Shown: one piece after another, positions 23,442 to 34,284 of the stretch | Position numbering within the stretch: the stretch's first letter is position 1 | How the letters are laid out: every line of letters starts with the position of its first letter | From: Nemertoderma westbladi | Lineage: Eukaryota > Animalia > Xenacoelomorpha | Length of the DNA: 64,000 nucleotides | Direction of reading: 5' to 3' | Assembly (NCBI GenBank): GCA_032718475.1 | Contig: JAUCBJ010001204.1 | Coordinates: 40,618 to 104,617 of the forward strand | Translations under genes and position numbers: made by a program | The notes under the pieces: model-generated | Database searches by the model: none | Seen by the model: the letters and a program-made list of their open reading frames with translations, nothing else | Told to the model about the DNA's origin: nothing

Positions 23442-25727
23442 ATGTCTGACACAAAGCAAAACCTGTCAGACAGTCTCCTAGATACGACCATCTGTGACCC
23501 AGACAGGAGTGTGGAACGTGTGAGACCGAAGTTCAACTCACCTCCTACTGTAAGAAAGATCATCCCTCCAGTAGTAATATCAGACCCTAGGCTAGTCCAA
23601 CATCGTAGGTCTATCATAGGCACTCGAGCTCAGGTCAAGCGGGACCAAGAAGCAGCGGAACAGCAGCAACACTCGAGCCGAGAACTTATTTCTCAGCGGA
23701 CCGACAGCTCCAGTGGTGCGGATACTGTAGAGCTGACACCCGAGCGCGGAGCTAAGATGGCAGATGCGGTTTATTCGGATCCCCTTCTCATCCTTCCTGC
23801 AGCCGTACTCGCTAGGGTATTGATTGCGGTGGAGGAACACCAGATTGATTGGGCGAGAAGTAAGCGATCGACCAAGGATAGTTATGCAGGATACACAAGG
23901 GAAGAACTGAAGTCTATTGTCGAGTCGCAATGGAACTTCCCCGGACCCGGACTCCCGTTTGACTTATCGGAAGCTGCCTGGGAAGGCATACACAGGATGG
24001 GAGTGACAGAAGAAAACCAGCGATCCAGCTGTGTGTGGAAGAGGTCAGCAGCAGGATATGTACAGGGATTCTTCAGCTCTATGGAGCGATTAGAGGAACA
24101 ACTGTTTCGACAACCCCAAGGACCTCAAGAGCAGGGAGAGCTGCTTTATCAAGTTAGAGAAAGAATTCTACGAATCAGACTAATCTTATCGGCCTTTGAG
24201 GAGGCTTCGAAAAGAAGACAAGACACGTCGTTGCAAGTTGCCATAAAGACTTGGTTTCAGCGGGTGAGTCTCCAAGTTCAAGGAACTGCCCAGTGGAAAT
24301 CTCGGCTGGCCGAGCGCTCAACCCATGGAGAATCAACAGACGCTACATTTTCCCAAGTGGAAAGTGAAGCGACGGCAGAGAAACCGCATGAGAGGGACGC
24401 TATTGACATCTATCTGTCAGACTATCAACGATTTGTAGGTGACGAAGAGTTGAGGAGATGGCTGTCTGGACTTAGCCCTAATAGTGAAGGAGCCAAGCTT
24501 GTGTTGGACGCAATCGATGCGGAGATGATAGCTGCGAACCAAGCTAAATTTGATGAACGCCTCCGCATCGCTAGAGTCCAAGAAGAACAAGTAAAGAAAA
24601 AACGTATAGAAGACAGAAAGACAGCGGCAGCGGCAGAAGTTGAAAGAAAAGCGGCAGCGGCAGCGGCAGAGGCAGAAGCGGAAAGAAAGGCGGTAGAAGT
24701 GGAAAGAAAGGCGGTAGAATTGGAAAGAAAGGCGGTAGAAGTGGAAAGAAAAGCGACAGTGGCAGCGGCAGAAGCGGAAAGAAAAATAGCAATGGCAGAA
24801 GCAGAACGAAGGGCATCTGAAGAGACCACCCAACTAGAACTGGAAAATATTCAAGAGAATCAAGACTGCATAAATAAACAGTTAACAGCTAGTAATATGC
24901 AGATGATGAATCGATCTACTCCCAAAAGACAGGGATATACATCATCTGATGAAGGCGATACCACCGATCCTGAAGGCGGAGGAAATAGATCTCGTCTAAG
25001 CAGACGTAGAAGAATGTCCCACCGTCAGAAATTGCCTGATTTGCCCCCAGCTGTTAGAAGGCAACTAACTAACACAGGCTTAGGTAGTACAGAACCCACA
25101 GACCAAATAATTAAAATAGAAAGACTCCCTACTATAGTAGATGAGCCTGAAATAATTAGGCCTGTTCTTGAAATCACCCCTTCGGTGATAGAGACACCTG
25201 TGCTCCCAGAACCTACCTCTAAATTCCCTTTGCACAGTACTAAACTACCTGTGCCCCACAAAACAACCCCTGAGACAGTTCATGTCCTGGACTCCGAGCG
25301 GAATATTAATGATTTGTCGCCCGTTGTCCCTCGTCCGCCCGCTACAACGTTGGCGGCTCCCGCTTCGGCGGTCGAGTGGGTGGATGAGAGGCGGCGGGGG
25401 ATGGATCTCCTGCTCGGGCAGATGCAGGAGACTGTTCAGCAGTTCAGGGGCACAGTAAGGGAAAGTAGGTTAGAGTTGCAAGAAGTGCAGCAAAGTATCG
25501 CGTTAGAACGCGATAAATTAGTAAATACCCAAAGAGGTATACCACCACCACCACCCCCGGTAACAATGTGTCAACCTGTTAGGTCTGAAGTATCTCATGC
25601 GCAAGGTGTAGAGCCTACACGCATCTATACTGCTAGTGAAGTGGAAACTCCTATAGTCAACCCTATTAAGGGTAATTATAAACCTGTTGACAATGATATT
25701 CCATATAGACCTGATCATAATCCGTGA
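23442..25727 (+). CDS. gag: Gag N-terminal region (coiled-coil, AEAERK repeats, Pro-rich)
   Basis: Long ORF with first ATG at 23442. Same frame as 25764-28016 and separated from it by a single TGA. Confidence 0.75.
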   Translation: MSDTKQNLSDSLLDTTICDPDRSVERVRPKFNSPPTVRKIIPPVVISDPRLVQHRRSIIGTRAQVKRDQEAAEQQQHSSRELISQRTDSSSGADTVELTPERGAKMADAVYSDPLLILPAAVLARVLIAVEEHQIDWARSKRSTKDSYAGYTREELKSIVESQWNFPGPGLPFDLSEAAWEGIHRMGVTEENQRSSCVWKRSAAGYVQGFFSSMERLEEQLFRQPQGPQEQGELLYQVRERILRIRLILSAFEEASKRRQDTSLQVAIKTWFQRVSLQVQGTAQWKSRLAERSTHGESTDATFSQVESEATAEKPHERDAIDIYLSDYQRFVGDEELRRWLSGLSPNSEGAKLVLDAIDAEMIAANQAKFDERLRIARVQEEQVKKKRIEDRKTAAAAEVERKAAAAAAEAEAERKAVEVERKAVELERKAVEVERKATVAAAEAERKIAMAEAERRASEETTQLELENIQENQDCINKQLTASNMQMMNRSTPKRQGYTSSDEGDTTDPEGGGNRSRLSRRRRMSHRQKLPDLPPAVRRQLTNTGLGSTEPTDQIIKIERLPTIVDEPEIIRPVLEITPSVIETPVLPEPTSKFPLHSTKLPVPHKTTPETVHVLDSERNINDLSPVVPRPPATTLAAPASAVEWVDERRRGMDLLLGQMQETVQQFRGTVRESRLELQEVQQSIALERDKLVNTQRGIPPPPPPVTMCQPVRSEVSHAQGVEPTRIYTASEVETPIVNPIKGNYKPVDNDIPYRPDHNP

Positions 25728-25763
25728 AATTTATATACCGATAACTCGATATTAAATAACACG

Positions 25764-28016
25764 ATGGCCCAAGAAAGTTTTACGCGTCAAATGGCTAGAA
25801 CCGAAGCCCGTCAAGCGGTAAAGGTGGGAGAGATAGTCAAGTTCAATGGAGATGAGATGAAATGGTTACCTTTTAATGAATATTACAAAGATAACATACA
25901 GAACTCTGTGCTATCTAACGGAGAGAAACTTAGATTCCTTATCGAGTGCTTGGAAGGATCTCCCAAGTTAATGGCGTTAAAGTTTATTGGACATCCAGAT
26001 GGATTAAGACAAGTTTGGGATACACTAAACATCAGGTATGGTAATAGGACTAACATAGCTAGGTATTTATATGCGAAATTAATGGCGCCCCGAAAGTTTC
26101 TTAGCAGCGGGATTATAGAGTTTTCCGACGAGATTCAAGAGATCTGTAGACAACTAGATTGGTTAGGTAAGTCTCATGAATACCAGAATTCTATGGTTGT
26201 AGGAACCTTAGCATCTACTTTGCCCAAGGGTGGAGTAGGTACACGCTGGGACAAGAAAATGTTATATATGATGGAACAACAACGACGAGACCCTACCATG
26301 GCTGATCTCATGTCATTCTTAGATGGAGAGGTAAAATTACAGCTCCTAAAGCAGTCCAGAGAGAAGACACCGGAAAATAAGGTAAGTGAGAAACCCGTTT
26401 CTAGGAGAAAGGTAATACCAGTGTGTTATACAGACGACGGCGAAAGCCAGGCTTCTCAAGAGGAAGACAGCGGGAAAGACACTGAAAGATCTTACTATGA
26501 AAACAAAGCGCCTAAGGACGTAAGTAAATTCAAGTCTCGAACCAATGATAGGAGAGAACAGGTAAGAAAAACTCCTCCTACGTCTCCTAAGAGAATTCAT
26601 GTAGGAAAGCCCGAGGAAAGAACGAGTGTGCACAACGTTACCCAAAGTAAGGTAAGTAACATCAAACCAAAATGTGCGCTGTGTGACGGGCCCCACCGTT
26701 TAAGTGCGTGTGATGAATTCCTGAGAAAATCATTAAAGGATAGACGGGAAGTCATGTGGGATAAGCGGTTGTGTTATAATTGCCTCAGACAAGGACACCA
26801 ACGGCGAACCTGTTACTCCGACGCAAGGTGTGCGAAGTGCGGCGCAAAACATCATATCTTGTTGCACACTGAATTCGAACGAAACAGCCCGAGTCAGGTA
26901 AGTGAGTCCGAACTACATGTCCAATTCAGTGATGTGAACGACACTGACCAAAGTTCTGAGATGGAAGGATTCTATACAGACGAATTCTCCGACGAAAACG
27001 AATCCTGTTACCTGATAAATACCGCAGTGTATCGAGCACTTACGTATGAAAAGGACACCGACAGCGAGCTCCCCCTAACTACTTCTGACCGACAACCATC
27101 TTGGAAAGCACCAACTTCCAATGTAGGAATCCGAGAATTTCCCGTAGTGCAGTTAAGGGTCCACGGACCTAAAAGGAGTTATACAGTGAACGCCCTCCTT
27201 GACTCCGGTAGTACAGGAACATTCATCGACAAAGAACTAGCCGAAGACATCTTTGCTGGACAACCCAAGTTCCGAACTAAGTTAAACATGTCAGGAATTA
27301 TGCAGGTTTGGAAATCTACAGTAATAGCGGATTATTATGTAGGTGCGTTGTCCACCCCCCAGGATGAACTAGGAGAACACAGCATAAGGTCAGTAAAAAT
27401 GGTGGCGATAAAGAACTTCGCTACCAGCCAAGTAGAACCTTATAACTGGGATGAGGATGATTCCACCCAGCAGCTTAATATACCTAGATTCAACACAGAC
27501 TACCCTGGAGTGCAAATACTCATCGGCCAAAATGCGCATGAGGCGCTTGAGACATTGGAGAAACGGCCTGCTCAACCGCAACCACTACAAGCCTATGCGG
27601 GAAGAACTAGAGTAGGTTGGTACTTTACTGGCCCTTCCCGTAGAACTCTCCTAGAAAGGTTACCAAAAGAACGGGTATACCAAGTAAGTGAATGGGAAGC
27701 GGAGAGCAGTGAGGTAGACGACCCAACTGAGGGAACACCATACTCCTCAGATAATGATGATATTAACTCCAATGTAGATCAATGGAGACATTGCCCCGAG
27801 ACGATTAATCTAGCCGACATCGCTTCCAGAGGAGTAACTCCTCAAGAACTGACAGATACTCCAGACTGGTTAGGTGGACCCGACTTCCTAAGTCAAGAAG
27901 ATGAATGGCCTCCCCATCTTACCACGGCTGAGATTAGACAAGCCAAGGGAGCGGAGAAAGTCAAACCTAAATCCCGGGCGAGTAAATCTCTAAATCAAGG
28001 TTATTTAAACCCGTGA
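25764..28016 (+). CDS. gag: BEL/Pao Gag core, CCHC zinc knuckles, aspartic protease and RNase H C-terminal remnant
   Basis: IVKFNGDEMKWLPF..LSNGEKLRFLIECLEG (BEL gag). Knuckles CALCDGPHRLSAC, CYNCLRQGHQRRTC, CAKCGAKHHILLH. Protease ALLDSGSTGTFI, then VQILIGQN..RTRVGWYFTGP. Pao RNase H tail QWRHCPETINLADIASRG..WLGGPDFL. No YxDD RT motif. Confidence 0.92.
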   Translation: MAQESFTRQMARTEARQAVKVGEIVKFNGDEMKWLPFNEYYKDNIQNSVLSNGEKLRFLIECLEGSPKLMALKFIGHPDGLRQVWDTLNIRYGNRTNIARYLYAKLMAPRKFLSSGIIEFSDEIQEICRQLDWLGKSHEYQNSMVVGTLASTLPKGGVGTRWDKKMLYMMEQQRRDPTMADLMSFLDGEVKLQLLKQSREKTPENKVSEKPVSRRKVIPVCYTDDGESQASQEEDSGKDTERSYYENKAPKDVSKFKSRTNDRREQVRKTPPTSPKRIHVGKPEERTSVHNVTQSKVSNIKPKCALCDGPHRLSACDEFLRKSLKDRREVMWDKRLCYNCLRQGHQRRTCYSDARCAKCGAKHHILLHTEFERNSPSQVSESELHVQFSDVNDTDQSSEMEGFYTDEFSDENESCYLINTAVYRALTYEKDTDSELPLTTSDRQPSWKAPTSNVGIREFPVVQLRVHGPKRSYTVNALLDSGSTGTFIDKELAEDIFAGQPKFRTKLNMSGIMQVWKSTVIADYYVGALSTPQDELGEHSIRSVKMVAIKNFATSQVEPYNWDEDDSTQQLNIPRFNTDYPGVQILIGQNAHEALETLEKRPAQPQPLQAYAGRTRVGWYFTGPSRRTLLERLPKERVYQVSEWEAESSEVDDPTEGTPYSSDNDDINSNVDQWRHCPETINLADIASRGVTPQELTDTPDWLGGPDFLSQEDEWPPHLTTAEIRQAKGAEKVKPKSRASKSLNQGYLNP

Positions 28017-28420
28017 TAGATCTGTCTGTACTACACATTGCCAGGGACGACGCTGTGGATCTAAACTCCCCCACCGCGAACCGATCTGTTGTGGAGATCA
28101 GAGAGAGAGACTGGAGATCTGGAACACCAGACGTCTCGCCGGGACTCTCACCTCTCCTGCCGGGAGCGATGGACCACTATAGATCCTGGAATCGGCTTTG
28201 TAAAGCCGTCGTGTATTTGAAGCGATGTTTCTATCATCACTATTCCAGGACGAAGAGGAAACCTGGAATTGTCTTCGAGACACAGCAGCTCAATCGCCCA
28301 GTTGGTCGTTTATGTTTACTGGAACGAGACCGAGAACTGTCCGGAAACTATGGAAGGCAAGATACTCTTCCCACAACCACCTCCCTAATCCAACAAACAT
28401 CTAGGGACTCCCCAACGTAA
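28013..28420 (+). pseudogene. Residual pol tail of the inner element
   Basis: HYRSWNRLCKAVVYLKR resembles the BEL RFSSW.KL.RV.AWV.RF segment. It is fused to LNRPVGRLCLLE, resembling the BEL integrase terminal RP..KLC.L motif. Confidence 0.65.
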
Positions 28421-30127
28421 CAGCGTCTGGAGTGGGTGTGTGACTATATTATTTTATATTTGTTTTTATTATTTTATATTTATGTATGTATTATTATGTA
28501 ATTTTATTATAATCGTTTTCTTTAATTTTATTTAGTAGAATGTTATTTTAGCGATTATTTAGGAGATTAGTGCAATATATATTAGTGTTTATTACTTAAT
28601 TACTTATATATTATATATTTAGTGCGACGGCGAGAAATAATTCTTTTTCTCTTTCCTTACTGTCCGTATTACATTATAAATACGTGACTACAGTAAGATG
28701 AAATATCCGTACTTATTAAAGTACAATAAAGCTCCTACTATATTCAAGTATTATTGGTAAGTAGAGTATTAGGAATGCAAAATTCAGATCCTCGTGTCTC
28801 GGCTAAACCAAGCTCTGGGTAGACCTTGGAAACGACTTGCCTCTTCTCACTGACATTGCTTCGTGCGATATTGCTCTCATACCGTATATTAAATAATACA
28901 TATAGTAGCGTGATGTCCCTTTAACAGTAGCGTATAACGCAAAAATAAATCTGTTAAACCCTTTGACCATCTGTAATTCTAGTCGATTAAGATATCGCGG
29001 CACCCACCGATATACTTGAAAGACAAAATTCTAGAATCAATGGTTAACGTCCCCAGACATGTTCTGGAATAAACCGGTGCCCATCTTAAATATTAATTAT
29101 TAATATTTATAAAATCTGTCAAATAGATACAATAGAGTAACTACTTACAAGTTAACTCTAGAAAATCTATAAATTAAAATCTGTCAAAATTTAGATCCTT
29201 TAAAATTCTAGTCAATTAAGATATCGTAGCACTTACCGATATTCTTAAATAGACCAATTTCCTAGAATCAAGGATCCCAGTCCCCAGACATGTTCTGGAA
29301 TAAAATTGTGTCTATTTTAATATTAAATAATAAAATTTACGGGAATAAATTTAAATTCATATCTTTTAATGAATTTGATAAATTTTCATTTTTATGCAAT
29401 TTATAACATTACCAAAATTCCATTAATTAAGAGATCATGGGAGCGGAGATTCACCTTATTAAGTGTATTAGTGTGCGAGAATCTCCAATATATAGTCAAT
29501 AGCCGGTAAAATTCATAAAATCATGTATAAAGAGGAATATTGACAATTAAAGAATTACTATTAAATAGCATCCCAGATCTGTATGCATGAGAATTACCCT
29601 AATTCTACTGCTAGCTTTCCATAATGTCACCATGGCAACAACCACGCTAGAATTAGAAGTGAGTTAAAAGAACAATAAAGGCTTGCCCCATTGAATAGCA
29701 TAAGGAATAAAATAGCACACTGCTAGTATCCCAGGATACCCAATAATAACGTGGCATTCTGGAAGGCACTGACTAATGGACAAATGGCCCGAATGTGTGC
29801 GATTTGTGACGGTTGTGTGGAATTTGTGCGTTTATAGGTGAATGTTACTACTAAAGTGTGTTTACAGTAGCGAGTCGCAATTGTGAAAGTAGCCCTAACT
29901 CTCCAGTAAGAACCTGAAGTAAATCTAAGCCTTTGGGACGGACGGTGGAGTGACTCGCGCTGGTTGTTGTGGTCGTTGTGCAGCTACTACGTTGGCGATA
30001 GGCACATCGGCGAAAGTACACCAGCGCTGAGGATCTTGCGCTGTCCGGGGGCCGAGAGGGGTAGGCAGCGACGCCCGCTAGCCTAAATACAAACTCATTA
30101 TAATATTGATAAACTCATATAGCAGCT

Positions 30128-33100
30128 ATGACTGAGTTGATAGAAGATGATCTTGGTATCAGGGAGCGATATACTTTACCTTTACAAGTGTTTGTTGACA
30201 GCTTTATACGCGGCGACGCTGGTCCAACTACTACGGAGGACGATGGTCGTTATATCGAACCGCCAATGTCCCAGGAGCAACTTACGCGTGAATTGGACTA
30301 TAGAAAATTCACCGCTCGCTATACGCATCGTAATGGTACGTATATGGACTTCTTAACTACCGGCCATCCTATCGATTTACACGATATGGACGATATCGAC
30401 ACCGAAAGGGAAATGGTCCTATTTAAATATCATACCCAGTGGAGTCGGAATGATAAATTGAGAATCGAATGCGAAAATTCTATTCGAAATCGACTCGAAA
30501 GAGAAGACGTTAAAGAACCGGATAAACGCGGTAACTCCAACGTATATTTGGAATTCTTGAGAGAAACATTGTAAAACCGAATAAATATCACCCGCGTTTC
30601 CCCTACAAGACGTGCGTCTTTGGTATTATTGCGATGAATGCCCAAGACCCAACCAACAAACGGAAAGACGTAAACATCCGTAGAGACATTGCTTTAAACA
30701 CGGTTTTACTCGCTATATTTATGGGAGTTTCGAGCGAAACTTGTTCGATGTATCACCTACGCTCGCTCGATTCAAACGATCCTTAAATAAACCTATGATC
30801 AGAGTTCCGGGATACTCGGTCAGACCTCCTCATTCCTCAGTGAGACCTCAAACGCTTGATCCTAATAGTATAACGGATCCCCCTGAACTGTACTCACTAT
30901 TTAAAGATCTTGTGTTACCCGAACAGTTGATCGGTAGCACTCCGGTAGTGGGCTCACTAGATATTCGCCAACCCTACCTAGCCGGATTAGGACGCGGTCA
31001 TCTAATATCGCCGTTTAACCCGTACAACCGTCCAGGCTTAAACCCGATACAACCCGTTACTGAAGTCGAAGAGAGCGTTGTACGAAACGCTTTAGACGCT
31101 ATTCAGCAGAAAATCGGAAAAGGAACTTACGATTGTTTAGAGAAACGCAAATTGCAGCAACAAGTCCAAGCGGTGAAAGAATTAGCTTTACCCCAGTTCA
31201 ATAGAGAAATACAGGATCTCGAGGAAGACATCGAACGTGGACGCACCTACTCTTTACAAGAGTTCCTAGACGAGCGTTTACAACAGCAAGCGGAGGAAAA
31301 TCAGCTCGAGGAGAGACATATAGAAATGGATGAGAGAGAAGAAGCAGCTTTAGCCCAGCCGGAAGCTCAAATTCTTATAACGGATCTCTATTCTAAAACC
31401 ATCATCCATCCTTCGATGGTTCCCCATTTCGGAGACAAACTCTTTGCCACGGCACAGCCTCAACCGGTTGATATCAACCTAAGATCTCGAGATCTTATCG
31501 CTGACGCTCCTATGTTGCAACGTCCGCCAATCGAGGCCGCTCGTGTCGATGGTTTACTCGTTGAACCTCCGGACAATAGAGCGGATCTTGTCCGTCGCAT
31601 GGTACACGATGTTAACATACGCGCTAGACCTTTACCGAACTCGTTTTATGGGATCAAAGATCACCCTTATTACGTCAATCTAACGCAATATTACATGGTA
31701 AAACCGGAAGATCCTACACATAGTCTGAGGTTTCTACCACTAATAAATCCTCTCGATCTTGTCGAACTTGAACAACTGCAGAAACATCTGGACCAGTTAG
31801 TTAAAGTAAATTCATTTCGAAAACCCTATAATGTTTCCAGGATAGAGAAAGAGACAATACCTCCGTATAATCTTGATGGATTCATCAAAACTCGATTAGT
31901 ACACTGGAATCTCGATGTGTTATTCGAGGAGGAAAGAATACAACGATATGGAGATTTAGAAACATATACTACACAATATTTAAAGTATAGAGATCTACCT
32001 AACGCTAGCGAATGCGCTACCTTGTGGCATCCAGTGGGAATGACTCTAGAAAACGCCACAAAAGAGTGGAATGAGACTCTTAACGTTATCGAAATGTATG
32101 GAGTTGTCACTTACGATAACGAAGGTAGCGTTCCGGTTGGAGAACTGGGAACTACGCGAATGATACACATACGAGGACTAGCTGGTTCTACCCACGTATT
32201 TACTCGAGCGTGTTCCGATGTGATTGATTATTCCTTTGAGACTCTAACCAAGACACAAAAGAAACTCCGACATGGACAATTCGAACTCGCGCAGCGTTAC
32301 GTCACCGACACCGAGCGCAAACCGGCCATGGGTATCGATGGATCGATGTTACCCCAGCCCGTGCTCGAGATGTTGTTTAACGAAAGAATCCTTAAAATCG
32401 GCTCAGCTGTTTATGGAGATCTCCAAAACGACTTTAGGAACATGGAAAACATTCCATACCCTTTCATTGATACTCAGCTGATTGCTCCCTGGGCAGAAGG
32501 CCGAGGTTTCTTCTGCACTATGTACGCAAATACAACCAGCGGCATTACTAAAGTACAACGAACCTCCATCGGACATCTTGCCTTTCAAGAATACGGATGG
32601 AATTTCGAGGTTGAAAATCCTATTAACTATCAACAAGTATATGGAGATCATTATTCTCGATTATACTTTGACGGACCATTGACCGCACCTGGCACCGTGT
32701 ATAGCTTTATGATTGTACCACTTCGTCCCTCCTTAGCTATATACACGATCTTTGAAAAAGCCGCACTTGCCGGTTGGCTAGCCGATGTGTGCAGTCGTAC
32801 CATACGCGCCCATCCCTTAATACTTGGAACCAAACTTGCCAAGCTAGATGAACACAATAAATTCATCCGCTTCGAATGTTTCAGGCGCTTTTTGACTCCG
32901 TTCCGTAACGTTGATAGTCAATTCAAGGACCGCGCTCTGACCAAACTCAGCCTAAGAGACTCAGCTGCGGAGAAGTTAAACAGCGCGGGATTCGCCCTTT
33001 TCAAGGACGTTTGTATACAGAACTTACATTCATCTGTTATACAAAGACCTCGAATACCCACGGGTTATTCTGTCGTGGAAGTTCAGACAGTGGGTTCACT

Positions 33101-34207
33101 TGCGGAGACAGCCGCACCTATCTCAGCTATGCAATTGGAGGACGAACCAATATGCTTAGAATCTGAGGAGATTCAGCCTACAGCGCCCCGGAACAGCGAT
33201 AACGACTACGTTTTGGAATGGTATCAAGGTCCACAATGTCTCACCGCATACGATTATCGGCACGCCAACTATGTTTCTCGAAAACGTTGCCGATTATGCG
33301 CATCGAGAAATCATTTCACCCCTATGGACTCAGACGTACCCTGCTCCTATTTCCACGAACAACCGATGATATAGATCTATTGTGCGTATTGCAGACTTAA
33401 TAACTCGCACATTTTTGCAGTCTGCCCCCAATTTATGACTCAATGCCACCACTGTCAACTTAAAGGACATGCCAGTTTTAATTGCCCTTTTAACCGCGAT
33501 TTGGAAAGCGTAGATGAGTTGATTACCCTGCGCTACATCCGAGCTTGGGAAGCGAACGCGGATTTGCATTGTGAGTCACGCCATCGCTATTACCCTGGAC
33601 GCGCCTACGAGGGAGTTTACGCGTTCCATCCTTATCTATTCGCGTCTGTTGAACAAAAAACACGCACACTGAGTTATGAACTAATGAAGCGTGTATTTCC
33701 ACCAAATTTGTTCGAAAATATCTCAGGAACGTCAATCCTAACGATATTAATTCATACCATTTGATCAATTTCATCCGTCAAGACCCTGAGTATGGCGATT
33801 TATTTATCAACTCGCACCCTGAGTTACAGGAAGTATCTCGACGGCCCTACGAATATCGAGCCAGAGAACGTGAGCTGGAAAGAACCATTAAACCGAGGAA
33901 GTTTCTCACCACTCACGGTCCACCTACCGCTATTGTCCAGACGACTCGTCAGGGACCAGTAGGAGCTGCTGTCCTAAGACGCGCCCTAAAGGCCGTTGAC
34001 CTCGCTCCACTGAAGTTGATATCGATCAACCAGGTACCTCGACCGGCGGATACACCGATCGTAATCCTAAACCTTCTGATGCAATTGTATTGCACCCTTC
34101 ACCCAGGAGTTACAGCCCTCTTAGTAAAGTGGCTCGCCCCAAAGAGAAAAGGACTCTTGCTAGCCTCAAAAAACTGCGTAAACGCCGTCCGCGTAAGAAA
34201 GACTAAC
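30128..34207 (+). pseudogene. Extra cargo gene of the inner element: DEDDy-like 3'-5' exonuclease, three CCHC knuckles and a basic tail; broken by a few stops/frameshifts
   Basis: ORFs 30128-30574, 30741-33374, 33435-33764 (same frame as the preceding ORF, one TAG between) and 33761-34258. An alternative-frame tail ends KKLRKRRPRKKD* at 34207. Confidence 0.7.
30741..33374 (+). CDS. 877-aa ORF containing a WRN/EXD/RNase D-like DEDDy exonuclease domain
   Basis: ExoI GVVTYDNEG (D 32115, E 32121). LPQPVLEMLFNERILKIGSAVYGDL resembles LP..L..LL.DP.ILKVG.....D (ExoII D 32418). Then PFIDTQLIA, SIGHLAFQEYG, and PLTAPGTVYSF..SLAIY resembling PLS..Q..YAA.DA..SL.LY. Confidence 0.75.
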   Translation: MFDVSPTLARFKRSLNKPMIRVPGYSVRPPHSSVRPQTLDPNSITDPPELYSLFKDLVLPEQLIGSTPVVGSLDIRQPYLAGLGRGHLISPFNPYNRPGLNPIQPVTEVEESVVRNALDAIQQKIGKGTYDCLEKRKLQQQVQAVKELALPQFNREIQDLEEDIERGRTYSLQEFLDERLQQQAEENQLEERHIEMDEREEAALAQPEAQILITDLYSKTIIHPSMVPHFGDKLFATAQPQPVDINLRSRDLIADAPMLQRPPIEAARVDGLLVEPPDNRADLVRRMVHDVNIRARPLPNSFYGIKDHPYYVNLTQYYMVKPEDPTHSLRFLPLINPLDLVELEQLQKHLDQLVKVNSFRKPYNVSRIEKETIPPYNLDGFIKTRLVHWNLDVLFEEERIQRYGDLETYTTQYLKYRDLPNASECATLWHPVGMTLENATKEWNETLNVIEMYGVVTYDNEGSVPVGELGTTRMIHIRGLAGSTHVFTRACSDVIDYSFETLTKTQKKLRHGQFELAQRYVTDTERKPAMGIDGSMLPQPVLEMLFNERILKIGSAVYGDLQNDFRNMENIPYPFIDTQLIAPWAEGRGFFCTMYANTTSGITKVQRTSIGHLAFQEYGWNFEVENPINYQQVYGDHYSRLYFDGPLTAPGTVYSFMIVPLRPSLAIYTIFEKAALAGWLADVCSRTIRAHPLILGTKLAKLDEHNKFIRFECFRRFLTPFRNVDSQFKDRALTKLSLRDSAAEKLNSAGFALFKDVCIQNLHSSVIQRPRIPTGYSVVEVQTVGSLAETAAPISAMQLEDEPICLESEEIQPTAPRNSDNDYVLEWYQGPQCLTAYDYRHANYVSRKRCRLCASRNHFTPMDSDVPCSYFHEQPMI

Positions 34208-34276
34208 TGTTTAGAGTATTTTTATATTTTAGAAACTGTGATTTTTTATATTTTATAGAATTAAATCCCATTTTCT

Positions 34277-34284
34277 GGGAGCGG
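34277..34284 (+). promoter_or_regulatory. Polypurine tract (GGGAGCGG)
   Basis: Directly precedes the TG of the 3' LTR. Confidence 0.6.

Noticed and set aside
24417-24833. Antisense low-complexity ORFs
   Set aside because: Shadows of the AEAERK-repeat coding region on the plus strand.
30741-33374. env-like gene
   Set aside because: No signal peptide, furin site/fusion peptide or TM anchor; the motifs fit an exonuclease and zinc knuckles.
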